This document shows, in pieces, positions 44,376 to 59,033 of a DNA stretch of 64,000 bases. The notes under the pieces were generated by a model, which was not told the origin of the DNA, did no database searches, and saw only the letters and a program-made list of their open reading frames with translations. How positions within the stretch are numbered: the stretch's first letter is position 1; each line of letters opens with the position of its first letter. This stretch comes from Hormiphora californensis. Its lineage: Eukaryota > Animalia > Ctenophora. The stretch covers positions 2,604,001-2,668,000 of the forward strand of contig CM035351.1 of assembly GCA_020137815.1 (NCBI GenBank). The letters are read 5' to 3'. Position numbers and translations under genes: made by a program.

Positions 44376-47300
44376 ATGAACATGTTCCACCACAGTCACA
44401 GTATCTCCGAACCAACCACCTGTACAATCAGCGACCACGAGGAATCTGAACTCGTGAAAATGTTCAAACTCATGAACTCTCTAACCGGGAAAACAGTGGA
44501 TCTGAAGGATTTGAGGAATCGGTTCCTAAGCAACGGTCTCAATATCGAGGAGGCAGACCTGGAATCAATCATGAAGGTATGTGTTAACTGGGTATTGGTG
44601 GGTAAAAAGGGCTCTGTTGACACACCTACTCTACACCAGAGCAGGGACACCAGAGGAACAAACTCAGAGCAGCAATTAAGAGTCAATTGTCGGAATAACG
44701 AGAGGTTGAGGGGTCTAATTAGCTAGTGCGCTGTGTGGGTATTATAATTGGGCCCTGAGGCGGTTTGGGCGGGGCAATGTACTACAAGGACAGAGTAGTA
44801 ATGTAGACATATGCTATTAATGTAGAGAACATGTAGAGAACATTCAATATAATAACATTCAATATAATATAAGGGTAATAGGGACGGTAGGGGTAGTAGT
44901 TACTACTACTGTAGCTGTAGAGTGTAGGGACACCTTTGTGTATCGAGAGGGTAGAAGGACCGTACAATTATACAACTACAAAGAGCAGGTGAGAAATAGA
45001 GGGGGAGATAGGAGGAGAAAGAGAGAACTGTAGAGTCTAGGCAAAGGTACTGCAGAGACAGGAGAGATGCCCAATAAATGTCAGATATGGAGGGCGGGTG
45101 CGGACAGTTGTTTGTTAAACCCTGCCAGGGAGAGAGAGAAAGAGAAGTGAGATATACGAGCTAGGAGAGAGATAGGAAAGGTACAGAGAAGGAGAGAATG
45201 GAGAGAGATATAAGAGAGAAGAAGACGGCTGAGAGACAAAAGAAGCGACGTGTGCAGTAGTAGCTGTTATTAGCTGTCGCGAAATTGCTTGGAATTTACC
45301 ATGAAATGCACCGTTTTCTCCACTAATCATTGCTAATTAACCTAAAGTGACATTAACTAGCTGTTTTCTCATCTCTCTATCTCTCTCTGACTCTCCCTAG
45401 TCATTCTCACTTTCTCTCTCTCGCTCTGTCTTTCTCTCTCACTTTCTCTATATCTCTCTCAGATGCTGGATTCGGAGCTGTACAAGCCAGTCAAGTTCAA
45501 GAAGTTCAAGAAAACCATTCAGCCATATTTCAACCAGGTCAGTTTGTATGATAGGGCTACTTCAATAAAGGCAGGGGATAGCCCTATAACCAAGGAGTCT
45601 GGTTGAGTCGACGGTAACTAAATAGTAAAGCTGCAATATGTGACAGCCCGGGGGTGTTATAACACGTAAAATGGGTGGGGTTGTAACTCATTTAGTGTGA
45701 CAATTTTGGCATGTCATATATTGGCCAGCAAATAGACAGAGCTCTCTACGGCACAAACTATCCTCTCTCCTCTCTGTATCATACCTGGTCTAACTGTTTA
45801 CCTAGCATAATTATACATGTGAAAATTTGGCACAAACTATGGGCTATTACTGGAGAAAGAAAACTGAGACAGATATATGAGCCATAAACTCTTGCCAGTG
45901 GCGCGTTATTTCAGATACCTTTCTCCCAGCGCGCCGCTGGGAGAAGGTAGCTGTAGTTTATCCGCCACTGGCGGATAAACTGGTTTAAATCACGACGACG
46001 ATCCCGAGGCGTAGCCGAGGGAGAGGCGGAGGGGTTTAAACCTAGAACGCGTCTGTGGCAAGAGTTTATAGGTTATATACCCTGCTTTAGTTGTTTGTTA
46101 CAAGTATTACACACTAACAAGAGAGAGAACACTAATCAAAACACACAAAGAGAACTGAGAAACAGTCAAAAACACCTCTCAATTGAGTGTATATTGTTTG
46201 GTAACAGTTACTAAGGAGAGAGAGAAAGAAATAACAAGATATGGGGCATGCCAGACATAACACAGAGGAGTTGAGATAGTGAAACAAAAGGGAAGATAAA
46301 GAGAGAGTAATTGACGGAATGTGTTGTTTCTTTCTCTCCAATTTAGTGTGTAACTCTTCCAAACAGTGTTCCCTCTGTATTTCAGTAAGAACTGATCATT
46401 TACACACACTTTGAATGTAACATAGGAGTTAAAAATAAATAACCTGCCAGTGGGAAATAATCTGCCGCTGGACTGGCTGGTTATCGAGAGCGCGCTAGTG
46501 GGATTTCTCGCCACTGGCGCATTATTTAAGTTAGCAGGGTATATATGAGGTATAAACTCTTGCCAGTGGCGCGTTATTTCAGATACCTTTCTCCCAGCGC
46601 GCCGCTGGGAGAAGGTAGCTGTAGTTTATCCGCCACTGGCGGATAAACTGGTTTAAATCACGACGACGATCCCGAGGCGTAGCCGAGGGAGAGGCGGAGG
46701 GGTTTAAACCTATAACGCGTCTGTGGCAAGAGTTTATAGGTTATATACCCTGCTTTAGTTGTTTGTTACAAGTATTACACACTAACAAGAGAGAGAACAC
46801 TAATCAAAACACACAAAGAGAACTGAGAAACAGCCAAAAACATCTCTCAATTGAGTGTACATTGTTTGGTAACAGTTACTAAGGAGAGAGAGAAAGAAAT
46901 AACAAGATATGGGGCATGCCAGACATAACACAGAGGAATTGAGATAGTGAAACAAAAGGGGAGATAAAGAGAGAGTAATTGACGGAATGTGTTGTTTCTT
47001 TCTCTCCAATTTAGTGTGTAACTCTTCCAAACAGTGTTCCCTCTGTATTTCAGTAAGAACTGATCATTTACACACACTTTGAATGTAACATAGGAGTTAA
47101 AAATAAATAACCTGCCAGTGGGAAATAATCTGCCGCTGGACTGGCTGGTTATCGAGAGCGCGCTAGTGGGACTGGCGCATTATTTAAGTTAGCAGGGTAT
47201 ATACATAGACATTCAAAGAGAAGAAAGAGAGAGAGGAGGAAAGCTTGCAAAACAAAATAAGCCGAGTCATTCGTCTTTGTCTGTCTGAATCTCCCGCTGA

Positions 47301-47988
47301 CCACTATAACATCTGTTCAGTCAACAATACCTCCCGCCCAATCACAATCCAACCGAAACAACACCGTGTAACTGACTCAAAATAACTTGCCGTGTCTTGT
47401 TCAGACTCTATCGCGTGGTCTTCTGGTTTAGTTTGAAAAACAACAAACAATACCAAACTATAGCTAACATGGCAACATCCTCCTAATCCCCTCCCTCTCA
47501 AAAGGAAAACTAAACTATTATATAGCCCTGCGTTACTTCCTAAACCCCGGTCCTTCCCTGTCAGGCATATGCTCTGACAGCTCCTTCCCCTCCCCCGATA
47601 TAACTACCTGCACCCTCTCCAGTCTCCCTAGGAGAACCTGTAATCCTTCTCTCTCTCTTCTCGTGAACCCCTTTATTTTGACCCTATCATAACCTGTTGA
47701 GTACCACCTGTCAGGCCAATGCTCTGACAGAGTACCACCGCTTACTCAATAAATCATAACCCACTATCTCTCTCCCAGGAGAACCTGTACACGGATATCC
47801 AGGAGACCTGGGAGTTGTTTCCCAAGGGACCTGACGGGAACCTCCACCCTGATACTATCAGACACATTCTCAGTGATCAAGGGGTCGATGTGGACAAACA
47901 GGATCTAGAGGATGTCGTCCAGTTATTGGACAAGAACAAGGATGGGAAGATAAGCCACATGGACTTTGCTGTTTACCAGGATGTCTAG
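44376..47988 (+). CDS. Calmodulin-like EF-hand protein, 161 aa (exons 44376-44576, 45463-45537, 47779-47988)
   Basis: Phase-0 GT-AG joins; last loop DKNKDGKISHMD; calmodulin-like helix pattern with the other loops degenerate. Confidence 0.82.
45874..47203. mobile_element. Head-to-tail dimer (period 668 bp) of a multi-hairpin non-coding element, Crypton-like by inference, in EF-hand intron 2
   Basis: Units joined at TATAT(A); outer stem ataaactcttgcca / tggcaagagtttat encloses three hairpins; inverted pair tatataccctgct / agcagggtatata; no TSD or TIR. Confidence 0.65.
47558..47580. mobile_element. 23-bp palindromic insertion CTGTCAG-N9-CTGACAG
   Basis: Flanks gTCCTTCC / cTCCTTCC (7 of 8 match). 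Confidence 0.65.
47708..47730. mobile_element. 23-bp palindromic insertion CTGTCAGGCCAATGCTCTGACAG
   Basis: Perfect 8-bp TSD AGTACCAC (47700-47707 / 47731-47738). Confidence 0.8.
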
Positions 47989-50380
47989 AAAACACATGTT
48001 TGTTGTAGAATTAGAACATTTACAATGTTTGATTGATATAAGCCATATGATATTTCATAATTCATTATTCCAGTTTTTGCTGTATAAGTAGGTGACATTA
48101 GTGAAACTTTGCTGATTTTTGTTGTTGTATGATTTACAAGCTATGATAACTTTTTTTCTTAAAACAGTTACATTTGTTCAATGAGTTATCCATCTCAAAT
48201 ACCATGGAACATATCCAATCTCATTGTCACCAGAATCCCTTAACAAACTAAGAATATCCAATCTCGGTAATCAGCCTGGTATTGACATTGATCCAGCTAC
48301 CATGCCATGATGTTTCATCTAGTGACGTAAAGAGTGTATTGACAGGACAGTCAGAGGAATAGTATGATGATCAAGAGATCAGTAGAGGGAGACAGAGAAA
48401 GGGAGGGAGAATGAGAGAGAGATCATTGTTGAAGAGGAGCTGATAGTAGAACCAGCTCTCTACAGAATTGCAAAGATCTAATTGGGTTCACTCCTCCCTC
48501 CAAGTTCTCTAACCTAGTGTGATCTCTTGTCCTAGTTTGCTTTCTCCATCTTCTCTCCCTGCCAGTGCTACTTTTCTCTCCCTCACTCACTCTTCCATTC
48601 TCTCTCCTTCTGTCTCATTGTGATTTTCATCTAATTCGCAGCCTTGCTCCATGCGCATTCTGCTGTACAGCTGCTTGTGTGTGAATGTCATAGCATGGGT
48701 CAATCCTTCGTATTTCGGTGATCAATAGAGGGATGTGATATATGCTCGTGATATGTATGTGTATCTTGTTGAGAGATGAAGTGTTGGGGAGATTAACTAC
48801 CACATGATTTGTATCTCTCTCTCCCTTCAACGTCTCTCCACGTCTCGCAAGTCCACTATAGTTGACGATTAATGGTAGTTACCTTTAGTGGTCCGTATTC
48901 GCTGCATTGGTCCCCCTTTAATTTCGCTATACCAGTCTTACGACAGTAGATTGGTCAGTAGGGTGATAGAGAGATCATATCAGATATATCTCGAATAGAG
49001 AGATAGAGCGAGATATATAGTAATGAATGATACAATAAGAAGAGAGTAGATATACTATCTCTCTATCATCTCTCTCCAATCATATATATCTATTCAGAGC
49101 TTCCTGTTGTCTCTCCATCATCGCAGTTTATCTCCTCTATATCATCACTGGATATCACCCTTCTTCAACGCCTCAGAGATGAGAGAAGCGAGACGCGAGC
49201 AAGCGAAGTACTGACGAGCTCTCTCAGATAGAAGGCACATAGAGAGAGTCGAGAGGCCGAGATCACGAGAGAGAGTGAGTATGTTTATTGCTAAAGCTTT
49301 GTAACCTTCACAAATCCTACACCATGCTGCTACACTAGATTTCTGTACACTTCATTCGTATTCCTGCAACTTATACCTGTCTCACACCTTGACAATCACA
49401 CGTGTTCTAGGTCGCATAAATTATATTCGCCACCAATAGTTGTGAAAATGAACTTATCCCCTCTTAAAACAACACTCACACGTCTCCCACCCTCTCCCTC
49501 TCTACTATAATAAATCCCTATCTCCCTCTCTACCTAATCTTGCTACTCTACCCTCCACGTGTGAGTCAACAGTCTACTACTTGCCCTGTAAAAGGAATGA
49601 AATAAAATAAAAATGGTTGAACAAAACAACAGTCAACCACCAAAGTTTACAGAATTTCCCTTATGATATCATAACGAAACATAATGGTCTCAGCGGGTCA
49701 AGTTTTCTCTGCAATGCAACAAAAAGTGGTAACACACCAAACTCTCAGACAAAAGAGGCAAACTGATTGAGAAGCAATATACGGCCCCCTCCCTTTTTCT
49801 TCTTGGCTCTTCAAATAGAGACTAGTGATCGAGACTAATAACTCATCTCTCTCCTTAAACAATTTCCCCTCTTTTTACCAAAGTCTATAAAAGAGAGATA
49901 TTTGGACCGTAGGATATGTGTGTCAGTGTGTGTGTTGTGTACTATTAAGCGGATATAAATGTTCTATAATAGTTCAATTGATAAGCGTCTAAGTACCATT
50001 ATTGCCAGAAAAGAGACAATAAACAGAAACACAATTCCAGAATTCTGTGAGAGAGAAAGACGGGAGGTGGAGCTAAAAATACAACAACATAATAGAAATA
50101 CGTGGCGAGAAAACAGAAAAGTCAGATAAGACCATGGTAGCACACTCCCCCGCACGTGCTCTAAGGACCATCCTACCCACATATTTACAGGGCAGGTATC
50201 CAAACAAGATGGGTGATAGGAGAGAAGTTGGCACAAGAAGGGTGATAGGAGGGTAGTTAGGACCGGACGGACGATGCCCCTGAAAATTGGGAAAAACGAG
50301 AATGTACCCCTGAAATAAAAAAAACAGGTGGAATGTTTATTGCTGAAGACCCTCACCCCTCTCTCCTCCATGTCCCTGAC

Positions 50381-50412
<32 letters not shown>

Positions 50413-52588
50413 GTCTCTCTCTCTCCCTTTCTCTCTCTGTCTATAACTCTCTAATCTCTCCCTCTTCCTTAATCACCACACCCCCAAATTTTGAAACGGA
50501 AAAACGACAACTAAATACGTACCGAGCTCGAGAAAGTAGGACTAGGAGAGACACAAAAAGCCAAACTAGGGGGAAAGAATCTTTCTACGTGTAAATTAAC
50601 GCACGTCAGGCATTAGAGAGCATTACTGCACGAGTATACAACCGCAAGCACACCTCCCGGAATTCATTAGGGGCTTCATAGGGTAGATGGGAGGGCAACG
50701 AAGGAAGGGATCAGTTTAGCACTAAAGTGCAGGGGGGTTACAAGCTCCCAAGGTTAACACTCCGAATTATATAGTTCTTCTCTGTTGTACTGCTAGCCAG
50801 CTGATATTTTGTCTGTGCTTGGAATTTGACACGTGAAATCCTCCTAGACGTGATCAGGCTTTGGAATTTGACATATTATGAGGGGAGACAAACATTGCTT
50901 ACGGAGCGACATAGACGAAGGAGAATGAAGTAAACAGAGCTAGAGAGAGAATAGTATAAGGACTATAACGGTTTGAGGACCTTTTGCATGAATCTACAGA
51001 GAAAAGAAGAAGAGGAGATGATATATTTTGCAGAGAGGAAGAGAGAAGGGGAAGAGAGATGAGAGATGAGAGTCCCGCAAGAAGTCTGGGTGCGAGGAAG
51101 GAGGGGAGAAGAGAGAGAGGGGAGAAGAGAAGAGGGAGATCGGAAGATCATCTCTCTCTCCTCCTTCCTCGCTCTCATGCTGAGCCTCTTTTTCTCTCAG
51201 AGAGAAGAGCGGCACAACAACACTGACAAGATCTTGAAATAGGTTATGTTGACTGCCAAACAATGGATTCTGTTTTCTACTTTCGCTGCAACAAATATAG
51301 ATAGACGTGGCGGAGGAGTCACGTGAAGATGTGTATAAATTCAAAAATTGAGAATTGGTGAGGTTTTTTTGTTTTTTCAATTATGGTAGAGTTTTACATC
51401 ATATTGGGGACGTGGAGCGGGAAAACTTGGCAGATTATTATTGATGTATTGTTACTCGAAAGTAGAGAGATAGAGGGAAAAAGATCATAGAGAGATTAAC
51501 AAGATAGCAGTACGAGAGGAATACAGAGAAGGAAGTTAGGAGAACCTCCGTAGCATATCAAAAATAGGAGACACAAATTATGGCACCATTATTTCGGAAT
51601 GAGGGATGGGCTACTAAGATGAACATGGTAGTAGGGTTGTTGATGTGAGGTATCGGGGGCATGGGAAGGGAGGGAAACGCGGGCCAAAAATAGGATGAGA
51701 GACAGAAAAATTAGGAATGTTAGTCGGAATCTAGCGAGGTGAATTAATTAATATCACGTCAAGAGCTAGCAAACGGAATTAGGACGAGCCTGCACATGTA
51801 CGATCGGATTAAAAGTTCCACGAAATGAACATATATTACCTCACACTCTAATTGTTGTGGAAAGAGGGGTAAGAGGACAACTGAAAAGTGAGAATCGTCA
51901 TCACAGAATATTTAAGGCCTCGTCATCAAATTAATATATCCACTGCCCCCCTAGAGATATCGTCAGATCCTAATTTAGGCGTGGTGACGATATGCTCTCT
52001 GATATCTCCTCAAGCTATGCGTCACAACTGCACCACTAAACTAACTAAACTAACGGACGTCGCGTGATGAGAGCGTTTCAACGACAATGTTTCGGCACAC
52101 GTGAGGGGAGGTCACGGAAAATCTGCCTGAACACGAGTTTAATGTGGAGAGCGAGTGTGGTGAGAGAGAGAATTTGTGAGTGAGAGTGAGATGTTGAACT
52201 AACTCAGAGTTATTAGCAGAATTCCTGCCGTTTTTCTCACACCCGCCTTCTTTTTCACACGAAAATGATACACTTGTAAATTAAAGAAGACACTGTACAA
52301 CTACTAAGCAGCAGAACACACACGTTATGTGAGCACTTAGGCGTGACTCAATTGTGTTACAATTTGTCCTCACCACTACATACAGAGGCAACAAACCACT
52401 GAATTAACTAAACACCACACGAAATAACGTTTAGGTTGCTGTGAGGTTAAAGAGCAACAATTCAAAGTTTAGGTGTGGTCCTAACTAAATTTTATTCCCC
52501 CGGTTCCCCCTTCCTCTTGGTACCGAAGTTACCCCTCTCTTGCCAGCGCGAGAGAGGGGTGATTCGTACCTCCCCCTTCCTAGAAACA

Positions 52589-55500
52589 ATGAAACATGTT
52601 CCACCACAGTCACAGGTATCTCGGAACAACACCTGTACATCAGCGACACGAGGAATCTGAACGTGGTGAACAATGTTCAAACTCATGAACTCCCTTGACG
52701 GAAAAAGGGGGGATAGGGAGACGTGATTAAGGATTTTGAGGAATCGGTTTCCTAAGCAACGTCCTCAACATCGAGGAGGCAGATCTAGAATCGATCATGA
52801 AGGTAGGTTTTAAACTGGGAATTGGTGGGTAAGAAGGGAATGTTTAGGCTCTGTAGGTGGTCTAGTGTATTATATGCTCAGTATTATAATAGACAGTAGA
52901 CACACCTGAAGACACATCCGCTGACTGCTATAGACCAGAGCAGGTACACCAAAGGGACAAACTTAGAGCAGCAAAGAGTCAATTGTCGGAATAACGAGAG
53001 GTTGAGGGGTCTAATTAGCTAGTGCGCTGTGTGGGTATTATAATTGGGCCCTGAGGCGGTTTGGGCGGGGCAATGTACTACAAGGACAGAGTAGTAATGT
53101 AGACATATGCTATTAATGTAGAGAACATGTAGAGAACATTCAATATAATAACATTCAATATAATATAAGGGTTATAGGGACGGTAGGGGTAGTAGTTACT
53201 ACTACTGTAGCTGTAGAGTGTAGGGACACCTTTGTGTATCGAGAGGGTAGAAGGACCGTACAATTATACAACTACAAAGAGCAGGTGAGAAATAGAGGGG
53301 GAGATGGAGGAGAAGAGAGAACTGTAGAGTCTAGGCAAAGGTACTGCAGAGACAGAGAGAGGCCCAATAAATGTCAGATATGAGGGCGGGTGCGGACAGT
53401 TGTTTGTTAAACCCTGCCAGGGAGAGAGAAAGAGAAGTTGAGATATACGAGAGGAGAGAAAGGAAAGATACAGAGGAGAAATGGAGAGAGATATAGAGAG
53501 AATAAGAAGCCTGCTGAGAGACAAAGAAGCGACGTGTGCTGCTGCAGTAGCTTATAGCTGTCGCGAATTGCCTGAAATTACCATGAAATCACCGTTTTCT
53601 CCACTACCATGCTAATTAACCTAAAGTGACATTAACTAGCTGTTTTCTCATCTCTCAATCTCTCTTGACTCTCCCTATCATTCTCACTTTCACTCTCTGT
53701 CTTTCTCTCTCACTTTCTCCTATATCTCCTCCAGAGGTCTGATTCGGAGCTTCAAGCCAGTCAAGTTCAGAAGTTCAGAAACCATTCAGCCATATTTTCA
53801 ACCAGGTCATTTGTATGATAGGCTAACTTCATAAAGGCAGGGGATGCCCTATAACCAAGGAGTCTGGTTGAGTCGACGGTAACTAATAGTAAGCTGCAAT
53901 ATGTGACAGCCGGGGTGTATAACACGTAAAATGGGTGGGGTTGTAACTCATTTAGGTGTGACAATTTGGCATGTCATATATTGGCCAGCAAATAGACAGA
54001 GCTCTCTACGGCACAAACTATCCTCTCTCCTCTCTGTATCATACCTGGTCTAACGTTTTACCTAGCATAATTATACATTAAACTTTGGCACAAACTATGG
54101 GCTATTACTGGAGAAAGAAAACTGAGACAGATATATGAGCATAAACTCTTGCCAGTGGCGCGTTATTTCAGATACCTTTCTCCCAGCGCGCCGCTGGGAG
54201 AAGGTAGCTGTAGTTTATCCGCCACTGGCGGATAAACTGGTTTAAATCACGACGAACGATCCGAGGCGTAGCCGAGGGAGAGGCGGAGGGGTTTAAACCT
54301 AGAACGGCGTCTGTGGCAAGAGTTTATAGGTTATATACCCTGCTTTAGTTGTTTGTTACAAGTATTACACACTAACACGAGAGAGAACACTAATCAAAAC
54401 ACACAAAGAGAACTGAGAAACAGTCAAAACACCTCTCAATTGAGTGTATATTGTTTGGTACAGTTACTAAGGAGAGAGAGCAAAAAAATAACAAGATATG
54501 GGGCATGCCAGACATACACGAGGAGTTGAGATAGTGAAACAAAAGGGTGAGAGATAAGAGAGAGTAATTGACGGAATGTTGTTTTTTCTTCTCTCCAATT
54601 TAGTGTTAACTCTTCCCAACAGTGTTCCCTCTGTATTTCAGTAGAACTGATCATTTACACACACTTTGAATGTACACATAGGATTAAATAATCACCTGCC
54701 AGTGGGAAATAATCTGCCGCTGACTGGCTGGTTATCAGGCGCGCTAGTGGATTTCTCGCCACTGGCGCATTATTTAAGTTAGCAGGGTATATATAGGTAT
54801 ACAACTCTTGCCAGTGGCGCGTTATTTCAGATACCTTTCTCCCAGCGCGCCGCTGGGAGAAGGTACTGTAGTTTTATCCGCCACTGGCGGATAAACTGGT
54901 TTAAATCACGACGACGATCCCAGGCGTAGCCAGGGATGGCGGAGGGTTTAAACCTATAAACGCGTCTGTGGCAAGAGTTTATAGGTTTATACCCTGCTTT
55001 AGTTTGTTTGTTACAAGTCTTACACCTAACAAGAGAGAGAAACACTAATCAAAACACACAAAGAGAACTGAGAAACAGCCAAAACATCTCTCAATTGAGT
55101 GTACATTGTTTGGTAACAGTTACTAAGGATAGAGAGAAAGAAATAACAGATATGGGGCATGCCAGACATAACACAGAGGAATTGAGATAGTGAAACAAAA
55201 GGGGGAGATAAGAGAGAGTAATTGACGGAATTGTTGTTTCTTTCTCTCCAATTTAGTGTGTAACTCTTCCAAACGTGTTCCCTCTGTATTTCAGTAAGAA
55301 CTATCATTTACACACACTTTGAATGTAACATAGGAGTTAAAAATAAATAACCTGCCAGTGGGAAATAATCTGCCGCTGGACTGGCTGGTTATCGAGAGCG
55401 CGCTATGTGGACGGCGCATTATTTAATTTAGCAGGGTATATACATAGACATTCAAAGAGAAAGAAAGAAGAGAGGAGGAAAGCTTGCCAAACAAAAAGCC

Positions 55501-56209
55501 GAGTCATTCGTCTTTGTCTGTCTGAATCTCCCGCTGGACCACTATAACATCTGTTCAGTCAACATACCTCCCGCCCAATCACATCAACCGAAACAACACC
55601 GTGTAACTGACTCAAAATAACTTGCCGTGTCTTGTTCAGACTCTATCGCGTGGTCTTCTGGTTTAGTTTAAAAACAACACAACAATACCACTATAGCTAA
55701 CATGCAACATCCTCCTAATCCCCTCCCTCTCAAAAGGAAAACTAAACTATTATATAGCCCTGCGTTACTTCCTAAACCCCGTCCTTCCCCTGTCAGGCAT
55801 ATGCTCTACAGCTCCTTCCCCTCCCCCGATATAACTACCTGCACCCTCTCCATGTCTCCCTAGGAGAACCTGTATCCTTCTCTCTCTCTCGTGAACCCCT
55901 TTATTTTGACCCATCATAACCTGTTGAGTACCACCACCTGTCAGGCCAATGCTCTGACAGAGTACCACCGCTTACTCATAAATCATAACCACTATCTCTC
56001 TCCCAGGAGAACCTGTACACGGATACCGGAGACCTGGGAGTTGTTTCCCAAGGGACCTGTACCGGGAACCTCCACCCTGATACTATCAGACACTTCTCAG
56101 TGATCAAGGGTCGATGTGACACAGGATCTAGAGGATGTCGTCCCAGTTATTGGACAAGAACAAGATGGTAAGATAAGCCACATGGACTTTGCGTTTACCA
56201 TGATGTCTA
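52589..56209 (+). pseudogene. Frameshifted second copy of the EF-hand gene (pseudogene or sequencing artefact)
   Basis: Same three exons with many indels. Confidence 0.5.
54132..55442. mobile_element. Duplicate of the multi-hairpin dimer at 45874-47203
   Basis: Collinear copy within duplication copy 2. Confidence 0.65.
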
Positions 56210-58308
56210 AAAACACATGTTTTGTTGTAGAATTAGAACATTTACATGTTTGATTGATATAAGCCATATGATATTTCATATTCATTATTCCAGTTTTTTG
56301 CTGTATAGTAGGTGACATTAGTGAAACTTTGCTGATTTTTTTGTTGTTGTATGATTTACAAGCTATGATAACTTTTTTTTCTTAAAACAGTTACATTTGT
56401 TCAATGAGTTATCCATGCTCAAATACCATGGAACATATCCAATCTCATTGTCACCAGAATCCCTTAACAACTAAGAATATCCAATCTCGGTAATCAGCCT
56501 GGTATTGACATTGATCCAGCTACCATGCCATGATGTTTCATCTAGTGACGTAAAGAGTGTATTGACAGGACAGTCAGAGGAATAGTATGATGATCAAGAG
56601 ATCAGTAGAGGGAGACAGAGAAAGGGAGGGAAATGAGAGAGAGATCATTGTTGAAGAGAGCTGTAGATAACCACTCTCTACAGAATTGCAAAGATCTAAT
56701 TGGTTCACTCCTCCCTCCAAGTTCTCTAACCTAGTTGATCTCTTGTCCTAGTTTTGCTTTCTCCATCTTCTCTCCCTGCCATGTGCTCTTTTCTCTCTCC
56801 CTCCTCACTCTTCCATTCTCTCTCCTTCTGCTTCTCACGTGATTTTCATCTAATTCCGCAGCCTTGCTCCATGCGCATTCCTGCTGGTCAGCTGCTTGTG
56901 TGTGAATGTCATAGCATGGGTCAATCCTTCGTAGTTCGGTGATCATAGAGGGATGTTGATATATGCTCGTGATATGTATGTGTATCTTGTTGAGAGATGA
57001 AGTGTTTGGGAGATTAACACCACATGATTTGTATCTCCTCTCTCCCTTCAACGTCTCTCCACGTCTCGAAGTCACTATAGTTGACGATTAATGGTAGTTA
57101 CCTTTAGTGTCCGTATTCGCTGCATTGGTCCCCCTTTAATTTCGCTATACCAGTCTTACGACAGTAGATTGGTCAGAGTAAGAGAGAGAAGAGATGATAG
57201 AGAGATAGAGAGATAGAACGAGATACGTCAGACGAAGCGATCGACGATAGAGCACGAGAACTAGATAGAAATAGTACTAATAGATTCTCTGCTAATCCCG
57301 ATACATATGATATCTCTCTAGTACTTCCTTATCGATCTTCTTTCGCTCTTCTCGCTCTCTCTCTCTCTCTCTCTACTTCTGTGCTCTCTCTCCTCCCACT
57401 CTACCATAGCCCTCTCCTCGCGTCTCTCCTCTCCTATCTACCTCTTACTCTTCTCTCTCCCCTCTCGCTCTTCCATCGGCTGTCTTTCTTTTTTTTTCTC
57501 GCCTCTTTGTTCCGCTCACCCCCCTACCCTTCCTCACCACTGCTCTACCACTACCCCCCCTTTTTCTATCCTTCTTCTTTATTCTCTATCCTTTCCCCTT
57601 CTCCCGTTTCGCAAGAGACCCCCTACTAGGTATTACTTGGTAACGATGTTGCGACATCGGTGAACAGGCATATGGGTTGACACTCGACTAGCCTCTATAA
57701 AACTGCCATCAGTATCTGTTCCAGTCTGCCGCTGCCGGATCTATTTAATCAAACCCCATGGTGCTATACTTTCTTTACAATTCAATCTAGGTTTAGGTGC
57801 AGGGATTAAATTAGTTGCAGTTAGAATTGGGGCAACGCCTAGTTTTGTGCAGGCAAATTCTCTATCCATTTCAATTACAAAATCTCTCTCTCTCTCTGGT
57901 TCACCCTCTCTGGGCCTCCCTCTCTCTATCAGGGTTTCCCTCAATAAATTGTCAGTAGTTGGATAGTTTGGCAGGTTCCATCCCAATTAAAATCCCTCTT
58001 CTTCTTTCGGGTTCTCTCTGGTCCCCTGCTCTCTGTTTCATGTTGGATTGGCACAGACTAGTCTTTGTGTAAGCATCATCAAATAATCCTTTCATTCAGT
58101 CTCTCCCTCTCGACTCTCTCTTCTCAAATGATTTACTCTCCGTCATGAGATCGTTTAGAAGGTCGGTCAAATATTAGCGAAACTCATACTGTTCAGTTTG
58201 TAAGGGCTCAATACCTATATTTGAGATTTAATAGCATTTTACACATAATTATCATTATGCTATTCAAATTGTGGCCAATCATATAACACATATTTCCATT
58301 ATTCTACT

Positions 58309-58455
<147 letters not shown>

Positions 58456-58798
58456 AGAAACTGAGAGAGAGAGTGGGAGAGGTGGGCTAGAGGTCAGAGG
58501 ATGACTTGAGACTTCTCTTGCTCTGATTGAGTAAGGCCAAGGGGTGAGACAGTGGTGGTCCGTCAAATTGGTTGCCCGCACAAAGCCGCCCACGACGAGG
58601 CCCAAGACGTCCTAGTTGCGCGAAAAAAAGCAAATAATGTTAGCAGACTGCGTCTTCGACGATGACGACCGCGTTGTGGGCGACACTTTATGCGAACGGC
58701 ACCACTGCAGCTACTGCCCATACTCGGCAACTGTTACCCTGCTCGTTCAGATTGTCTGTGTTGGTACTAATTTAATCTCAAAATGTAGTTTGGCCTAT

Positions 58799-59033
<235 letters not shown>

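Larger units (their letters stand above)
40681..48957. repeat. ~8 kb tandem segmental duplication, copy 1
   Basis: Collinear with 49372-57176 from tataccttt/gtctcacaccttgac to agtagattggtcag. Confidence 0.9.
49372..57176. repeat. ~8 kb tandem segmental duplication, copy 2 (indel-rich; possibly an uncollapsed haplotype or unpolished read)
   Basis: Dense 1-bp indels interspersed with near-identical blocks; garbled AG/CT sequence at both junctions. Confidence 0.85.

Noticed and set aside
57637-57660. ttggtaacgatgttgcgacatcg as another TTG...CAA element end
   Set aside because: No matching right end or TSD found.
57620-58200. Possible minus-strand coding exon (ORF 57741-57986), and similar short ORFs at 48627-48830 and 56731-57075
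   Set aside because: No recognisable domain or consistent splice structure, and adjacent to low-quality sequence.
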